DNA of 64,000 nucleotides, taken from positions 4,092,001 through 4,156,000 of the forward strand of contig OZ365115.1 of assembly GCA_977030845.1 (NCBI GenBank), in the 5' to 3' direction. The translations under genes and the position numbers were made by a program. The number at the start of each line of letters is the position of its first letter. Position 1 is the stretch's first letter. The notes beneath the pieces were generated by a model. The model did not search any database. It worked only from the letters and a program-made list of their open reading frames with translations, and was not told the DNA's origin. This DNA comes from Fimbriosthenelais zetlandica. Its lineage: Eukaryota. Positions 56,791 through 64,000 of this stretch are shown here, one piece after another.

Positions 56791-58550
56791 GCCCATAAGC
56801 TCCAATGGTAAAATTTATTTAGCCCCCCGGACCCCTCCCCGGGCCCCAACCTCCACCCCAAACCCGGTGTCTACCCCCAGCACCCATCCCAACACCCTCC
56901 TAAAAATTCAGCCCGATCCTTTGCTTCTAACCTGTCTAAATCCCTTGAATTAATCAAAAGTGTCCCGCCCATAGGCGCAATGTTAAAAGTCACTCACGAT
57001 TACAGGAATGTGTGCCACAGAGCCGGTTTGTCAGTCCACTCCAATCGGCCTTTCTATACTTAATATGCGTTATTTTCACTCGAAACGACGGTTATGTATG
57101 TCTTATGACCTCTACTGATAAATACCAAAAGAGCAGAGACGTAAAGCGACGTTAACACCGATTTCTTCCAAGTCGACAAATCGGCCTTGCGTATACCGGC
57201 CTATAATTTGGCCTTTTAAAAACCTTAACAGCGCCCTCTCACTAAAAGTCGAAAAAGTTGAATAACTTCGTAAATAATGGGTCTAAAATTACAATTCAAA
57301 CGGATTATTCTTAGTTGGGAGACCCTTCAGATGTCTATATGGTTTTGGCTCCAATAAAATTGATTTAAAATTTCGGATTTTCGAAATGCACTGAATTTCT
57401 TCAATTAGCATTGGAGTCAATGGAAGGAGGCGCCTGAGCGCATGTGGCGACCCGAGATGTCCTAGCGGCGGAAACGTGAACTACTATGCTCCAGCCAGCA
57501 AAGCCAGCAGAGATTCCAGCCGGGATAGAGATTGGGGCTCGGGGCCGTAGCAGTAGGCCTAAACCTAGGTGGATGTCGGGTGTTGGATGGGGTGGGGCGC
57601 AGGTGGGCAGGGGAGGGTGTGCGTAAGTGATTGCTTCATCTCAAAGATAAAAAAAAAAGAAAAAAAAAAAAAAGAATCCCATGTATACATAATCCTATTT
57701 CACTCTAATAAGGCCTACAGCCAGGGCAGGAGTAGGTATCGATAGATTGACCATAGTAGTGTAGTTCATCTTTTTGCTGCTGCTAATCTCGAGTCCCAAG
57801 TCGCTCCCGATTGGAAGGCGAGACTTGTCATTCAGGCTATACTGGCTTGGGCATAGTAGTTCACCTTTTCGCCGCTAGGGCATCTCGGGTCGCCACATGC
57901 GCTCAGGCGCCTCCTTCCATTGACTCCAATGCTAATTGAAGAAATTCAGTGCATTTCGAAAATCCGAAATTTTAAATCAATTTTATTGGAGCCAAAACCA
58001 TATAGACATCTGAAGGGTCTCCCAACTAAGAATAATCCGTTTGAATTGTAATTTTAGACCCATTATTTACGAAGTTATTCAACTTTTTCGACTTTTAGTG
58101 AGAGGGCGCTGTTAAGGTTTTTAAAAGGCCAAATTATAGGCCGGTATACGCAAGGCCGATTTGTCAACTTCACGGAAATCGGTGTTAACCTTGCTTTAAG
58201 TTTCTGCTTTTTTGGTATTTATCAGTAGAGGTCATAAGACATACAGAACCGTCGTTTCGAGTGAAAATAACACATATTTAGTATAGAAAGAGCCGATTTG
58301 AGTGGACTGACAAACCGGCTCTGTGGCACACACTCCTGTAATCGTGAGTGATTTTTAACATTGAGCCTATGGGAGGGACACTTTTGCTGAATCCAGTGGA
58401 TTTAGACAGGTTAGAGGCAAAGGATCGGGCTGAATTTTTTGGAGGGAGTTGGGGTGGGTGCTGGGGGCAGACATCGGGATTGGGGTGGAGGTTGGGGCCC
58501 GGGGAGGGGTCCGGGGGGCTAAATAAATTTTACCATTGGAGCCTATGGGC
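56791..58550. repeat. Large inverted repeat (foldback): arms ~56791-57500 and ~57840-58550, ~340-bp spacer
   Basis: GCCCATAAGCTCCAATGG versus CCATTGGAGCCTATGGGC at the ends. Arms align throughout; 57175-57459 is the exact reverse complement of 57881-58165. Confidence 0.95.
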
Positions 58551-58593
58551 CTTGCCCTCGGCAGAGTGTAATGAGAAACCAGAGACACTATGT

Positions 58594-58665
58594 GGGGCAG
58601 GTAGTCTGGAGGTAAGACACTCGCCTGGAACGCGAGCGACCGGGGTTCGATTCCCCGTTGCTCAC
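58594..58665 (+). tRNA. tRNA-like gene with GGA anticodon, short variable loop (right copy)
   Basis: D-stem GTCT/AGAC, anticodon stem CTCGC/GCGAG with loop CTGGAAC (GGA at 58627-58629), T-arm CGGGG-TTCGATT-CCCCG, imperfect acceptor stem, downstream TTTCGTTTTT. Body resembles tRNA-Pro. May be a SINE head or pseudogene. Confidence 0.45.
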
Positions 58666-58883
58666 TTTCGTTTTTGGTATGTATGATTTAAAAAAACAAA
58701 TCAAGTATTTCACTTCGATTGATTTAATTTATTTAACTTTCATAGAACTGCAAAGAAAGAAATCCAAAGAAATATACATTTTAAACTAGTAGGCCTAATC
58801 TAAATAAAGGGATACAAACACTAGCGCCACCTACCATAGAAATTGCAAAAACTGCAGAACAAGGGATTCACAGAAGAAACAAT

Positions 58884-58956
58884 CACCACCGGTGGGACTC
58901 GAACCCACAACCTCTGGATTAGAAGTCCAGCGCGCTATCCATTGCGCCACAGAGGC
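58884..58956 (-). tRNA. tRNA-Arg(TCT), intronless, copy 1 (one acceptor-stem mismatch)
   Basis: GCCTCTGTGGCGCAATGGATAGCGCGCTGGACTTCTAATCCAGAGGTTGTGGGTTCGAGTCCCACCGGTGGTG, 73 nt. T:T mismatch at pair 4:69 and an interrupted T-run terminator. Confidence 0.85.
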
Positions 58957-59196
58957 CATATATTACCATGAGAGAGCTCCAATTAAAAGCTGAATGAAAT
59001 CAAAATGACAGAATCAGATCGATAGATCTTCAACAATAAAAGAGTAGGCCTATCAGTATCACATTAAAGTAAAATAAAAAAATAACAAGGAAGCCATGTA
59101 ATGATCAATCTAACTGTTACTCGTTCTGTCCAAGCACAGAAAAATATTTTTTATTAAATTAAACAAGAAAATAAATTTTTTTTTGGTTTAGGAATC

Positions 59197-59340
59197 ACCT
59201 CCCGTAGGAGGTTTCAAAAATTGCGAGTGCTGCTCCATATTTCAGGACAACACCGCGGGGTATTGGGTATAGTTTTCAACTAGCAATAACCGCGCCTCGG
59301 ATGAACCTCATTGGCTACAGTACTGCCACTGCGCAAAGCT
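59197..59340 (-). ncRNA. RNU4: U4 spliceosomal snRNA, copy 1
   Basis: Reverse complement starts AGCTTTGCGCAGTGGCAGTA and contains the kink-turn GCCAATGAGG...CCGAGGC, TTGAAAAC, CCCAATACCCCGC, Sm site AATTTTTG and 3' stem-loop ACCTCC-TACG-GGAGGT. 144 nt, colinear with vertebrate U4. Confidence 0.95.
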
Positions 59341-59663
59341 ACCTCAACCATTCCCAACCCAAGACCCAACGAGGTCGGACCACACATGAACATGGTGTCT
59401 GTACTTGAGGGCTTTCTTTAATATACATTTCTCTGATGTTGTTTTTATTTTTCACACCAAAACCCCTTCTTAACTATGTCATTTGAAAATGTTAATATAT
59501 CTCTATTTAATAGTAGCCTAGAGAAAAAATATTCAATTCATTTGGAACACAAATCAGTTCATTTTGATAATCAGTTTCAACCATTTGAAAGGGATACAAA
59601 CACTAGCGCCACCTACCATAGAAACTGCAAAAACAGAATAAATGATTCACAGAAAAAAACAAT

Positions 59664-59736
59664 CACCTCCGGTGGGACTCGAACCCACAACCTCTGGATT
59701 AGAAGTCCAGCGCGCTATCCATTGCGCCACAGAGGC
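59664..59736 (-). tRNA. tRNA-Arg(TCT), intronless, copy 2
   Basis: Same sequence with a fully paired acceptor (GCCTCTG/CGGAGGT) and a T7 terminator. Confidence 0.95.
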
Positions 59737-59978
59737 CATATGTCACCTGAAGAGAGTACCAATTAAAAACTGAATGGAATCAAAATGACATAATCAGGTA
59801 GATAGACCTTCAACAATAAAAGAGTAGGCCTATCAGTATTGATCACATTAAAGTAAATAAAAAATAACAAGGAAGCCATGTAATGATCAATCTAACTGTT
59901 ACTCGTTCTGTCGAAGCACAGAATAATATTTTTTATTAAATTAAACAAGAAAATGAATTTTTTTTGGGTTTAGGAATC

Positions 59979-60122
59979 ACCTCCCGTAGGAGGTTTCAAA
60001 AATTGCGAGTGCTGCTCCATGTTTCAGGACAACACCGCGGGGTATTGGGTATAGTTTTCAACTAGCAATAACCGCGCCTCGGATGAACCTCATTGGCTAC
60101 AGTACTGCCACTGCGCAAAGCT
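59979..60122 (-). ncRNA. RNU4: U4 spliceosomal snRNA, copy 2
   Basis: As copy 1, with one substitution seen (GAAACATGG versus GAAATATGG). Confidence 0.95.
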
Positions 60123-60450
60123 ACCTCAATCATTCCCAACCCAAGACCCAACGAGGTCGGACCACACATGAACATGGTTATTGTACTTAAGGGCTTTCTT
60201 TATTATACATTTCTCTGATGCTATTTTTATTTTTTCACACCAAAACCCCTTCTTAACTATGTCATTTGAAAATGTTAATATATATCTCTATTTAATAGTA
60301 GCCTAGAGAACAAATATTCAATTCATTTGGAACACAATTCAGTTCATTTTGATAATCAGTTTCAACCATTTGAAAGGGATACAAACACTAGCGCCACCTA
60401 CCATAGAAACTGCAAAAACGGCAGAATAAATGATTCACAGAAAAAACAAT

Positions 60451-60523
60451 CACCTCCGGTGGGACTCGAACCCACAACCTCTGGATTAGAAGTCCAGCGC
60501 GCTATCCATTGCGCCACAGAGGC
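60451..60523 (-). tRNA. tRNA-Arg(TCT), intronless, copy 3
   Basis: Identical to copy 2; T6 terminator. Confidence 0.95.
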
Positions 60524-60772
60524 CATATATTACCATGAGAGAGCTCCAATTAAAAACTGAATGAAAGCAAAATGACATAATCAGGTAGCTACACCTTCAG
60601 TAATTATAGAGTAGGCCTATCACATTAAAGAAAAATGAAAAATGACAAGGATGCCCTATAATGATCAATCTAGCTGTTACTCGTTTTGTTCAAGCCCAGA
60701 GCTCAGTTATACCGTTGAATTATTTCTCTATTTAATCAAACAAGAAAATGAACTTTTTTTTGGTTTTGGAAT

Positions 60773-60792
60773 CACCTCCGGTTGGAGGTTTC
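60773..60792 (-). pseudogene. U4 3' stem-loop remnant at the array boundary
   Basis: GAAACCTCCAACCGGAGGTG in the unit-equivalent position. Homology ends at the Sm site. Confidence 0.75.
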
Positions 60793-63700
60793 TATGATGT
60801 GTTCTATGATGTTAGTAAGAAACATGTTCTATTTCTGGTATGCCATGAATGATTTTTAAAAGACAAGAACTTTGATTTTCTCATTTATTTATTAGCCCGC
60901 AACATCACATAACAGTTTATACATTCCACAGGTTTAGTGAGAGTACCTCTGGCGTTATGCTCTTTTACCTCCAAATTGAATCAACTTTTTCTACCCTCAT
61001 TCCTTAAATAGACGTAAACTCTTCACCGCATGAAAATTTAAGGAAACCATAAAAAAAAATCAGCACGCGGGGACACGGTGCTCGGCCCGTCTTGCTCTCT
61101 ATTAAATACGTGAGCATTGTAAAGTGACCTTCCTCTTGGCAGAATTGCCTCAGCGTTTTTTGTTTTTTGACTGCCGACAAAAATAAGTATATTTTTCACG
61201 TGGACCAAGCTTATGAAAATCACAATATTTGGCGATATGTAGCAATTCCGCATGAGATATGTGGCGCTTTCCTCTCTCTTAGTCAGCTTTACAATACCAG
61301 ACAAAGTCACATATTTTCCCTTTTTTCATTCTTTTTGTTTAATTTATGGACAATTTTTGTAATATCTTCACTTTCACTACACCTGATACTATAGTATGAA
61401 GTTTTATGTTCCTTTTAAACCTAGGATAGAATTATTTTCAACAGTTTTTTTCTCATTCCGTTCTGGAAATGCTTCCACTATGACAATTTCTTATAATAAG
61501 AAACTATTCACACAAAGCTCCACCCAAAAACAGATTGTAAGATTTTTTGGTTCAAAAACATACCTTGACAAATGCCAGTCTAGGTTCAAATATCGATAAA
61601 GCTCCAAGTAGCCTAATGCCCAATGTTAAAAAAGACACTAATAATAAGTTCACCCTTGAATATAAAATCGTTGAACAATATAGCTGACCACTATAATTAT
61701 GAGTGAAAGTTTGAATATATGTAAAATATAAACACAATACCTCATAATCATAACCAAGGCTTATATTCCTGGCCACAGGGGAAACTCATAACAGTCACAA
61801 TCGTTGGCTAGTTGGATAAGTGACCTACCACATTAATAGGAGGCCCTATTTAGGCAAGTAAAGCATATATACGAAAGTATATATATAGTAGGCCTACACC
61901 TTTTCAAAGATGATTTAACAAGTCTTGGAGAACATATTATCCAGATATTCAAGAACTTGTGAATTACAAATTAACAAAAGAGAATGAGTCAATAAAAACA
62001 TAGCAACATGATGTAATGATTTCGTTAAACACTGCACATGCATCAAAGGTGCAAAAGAACTTCAAAATTTCATTCACGAGTGTCAGTTTAGTCATCTTGT
62101 AAACCGTATAATGCTTTAGGCCTATGAATGTCAAGTAAATAACAAATGTAAGGAGTGCAACACAAAGAATATCTGTTACTTCCAATTTTAAAATCCCGCC
62201 TCATCGCCTGAAGACCGGGCAGGTCGAAACATGTAGTGTTGCCACCACTTATATTTAACACAATAAAACCAGCCCAAGTGTCGAGTTCCTCCTATTTTCA
62301 TAAATCACAAACCATTAGCCCTCTATATTCCACCTTCAACGAAACAAAATTTTACAGGTAACTTTCAAAGCAGGGTTTTGTATAATTATACTCGTCATGA
62401 AAGCAAACAAAAACCCTGAAGTAGGCCATTACTATTGAACATCTGACTTCTGATGTCTTCATAGGAGATTCCATACAGTTCGAGGAATAATTATTAATGG
62501 CCACTGAATTTATAATCTAAGTTCCAAATGTCATAGAAAGTGTATCAAACACTTATGCTCTAACGAAACACTTGCTTACACAACATACACATAGCAATCA
62601 AGTCTTATAGAAAGATGAAAAGACATGGCAAACTATTAACCTCAAGTTTCTATATCGTGTGAACTTTGCCTTTTTAACAATAACCTCAACACTTACTCCA
62701 TTTCTAACTTATAAAACACATACAAGAAAGCAGAAAAATCAATTATTAGTCAAAGTTACCGTTTTGCAAAACGATCAAATCATCAACATACTCGTATACG
62801 GCATAATACATGTAGTCACATAGGAGCAGAGCTTTGTGCGTTTGAAAGGAAAACTAACCGGCATGTCTTATCTTGCCAGTGCACATTAGGGTCAAACATG
62901 ATTGAGTTATCAATACTATCAATGAAACAAGAGAAAAAATGCCAGAGGATAGAGAGATGTAAGAAGAAATGGATTTCATCAGTCTTTCTGGTGGACATCA
63001 GAGGGGGTGAGGATGGGGGAATAACCCTATAGTTATTATGGCCTTTTATTAGCGAATTAGTCATCAGAAACATGCCATATTTTCTTTAAAAGAATTTAAA
63101 AAAAAAACAAATTATCGAAACCTGCGTAAAAGGCTACATGCACAATTCAGAGAAAACAATTATGCAGTGTGTTCTGGGATGGACCTTGCAGGAAAGCTTT
63201 GTTTTTTTTAAAACATTAGCAAATTATACTCTGGTAAGTAAGGTACGGTACTAGAAACTACAACCAACTTAAAGATGGATATGAAAGCCACCACAATCAT
63301 CAAACATTTTGATCAGTTATCAGGTTTTTTCTCAATTTCCTACCTGAACATCATTGGACAAAACATGTTGTAGCACCAACCAATAACCATGACAAACTCA
63401 AAACCTAAAGCATTGCTTTTCTCATAAAAGAGTCAGAAATAGCAAATATTGTTGATTATCACACATGACATGGCATTGGCTGCAATCAGCCTTTTTTGAG
63501 CTAACCACTATATAATAGGCTACTCAACCCTTTCCTCTAGTGATCTACAATGCCATCTAGTGTGATTGTGCTGCATCATTCGTGAGTAAACAATTCAAAT
63601 TTTTTGAAGGCAGAACATTTCCTGAGGGCAGATTATTTTGGCGGGGAAAGGCAATGTTGCAGAAACCGCAGCAACACCAAAATTTATTTTCAGCCAACCT

Positions 63701-64000
63701 GGAGTCCATTTGCATTCCGTCTTAACTCCCAATGACCGAGTGACTATAATATTGCTGTGAATATAATTATACGTATAAGCACATACCGACAATTTCAAAC
63801 CAAACCTCTGAGGCATTAAATAGATCATTTTGATACAGGGTTCCTGTACAATAAAGTATTAAGAGTGAGTGATCTAATGCCTATCATATCCACTCATTCT
63901 GCAGTACATGTATTTACATTAGCGTCTCACTTCACCCACCCACCACCTAATGATAGTACATTGATAAAATACAGGATAATAAATACAGGACAGGGATTTA

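Larger units (their letters stand above)
58807..60792 (-). repeat. Tandem array of a ~780-bp unit (about 2.5 copies) containing U4 snRNA and tRNA-Arg
   Basis: Equivalent positions at 58884, 59664 and 60451 (periods 780 and 787 bp). Spacers are also near-identical. Confidence 0.95.

Noticed and set aside
60800-64000. Short ORFs of 60-90 aa at the right end
   Set aside because: AT-rich, no splice-consistent exon chain or domain; treated as intergenic or UTR.

Overview
AT-rich genomic DNA from an animal with spliceosomal introns. A pedal-peptide-type neuropeptide gene points to a bilaterian invertebrate, probably a lophotrochozoan; the species cannot be read from the sequence. In order: (1) 1-17 kb is mostly decayed repeats (MITEs, probable old LINE fragments). 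(2) A large exon (17269-18892) encodes a pedal peptide/orcokinin-family precursor with 22 xFDSIG-type and 5 ELDSLGG-type peptides. (3) An intronless secreted, possibly GPI-anchored LRR protein (25343-26995). (4) Two tandem enolase units (30167-34423 and 36684-39872). The second has no start codon of its own, but a perfect CAG|GCAAGT (GC-AG) donor just before the first unit's stop codon joins it in frame, predicting an ~871-aa double enolase. Several exons of the two units are near-identical while others are synonymously saturated. (5) An intronless type II membrane protein with a glycosyltransferase-like C-terminal domain (42762-44765). (6) A 15-exon gene (49189-55636, ~825 aa) that I reconstructed by hand: signal peptide, Cys-rich region, Ca-binding-type EGF domain, transmembrane helix, then a cytoplasmic gulonolactone-oxidase-family FAD oxidase. 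(7) A ~1.8-kb inverted repeat with a 285-bp perfect core, flanked by outward-facing tRNA-like genes. (8) A ~780-bp tandem array pairing U4 snRNA with tRNA-Arg(TCT). One N gap lies at 46558-46696. All gene models are manual and lack transcript support.
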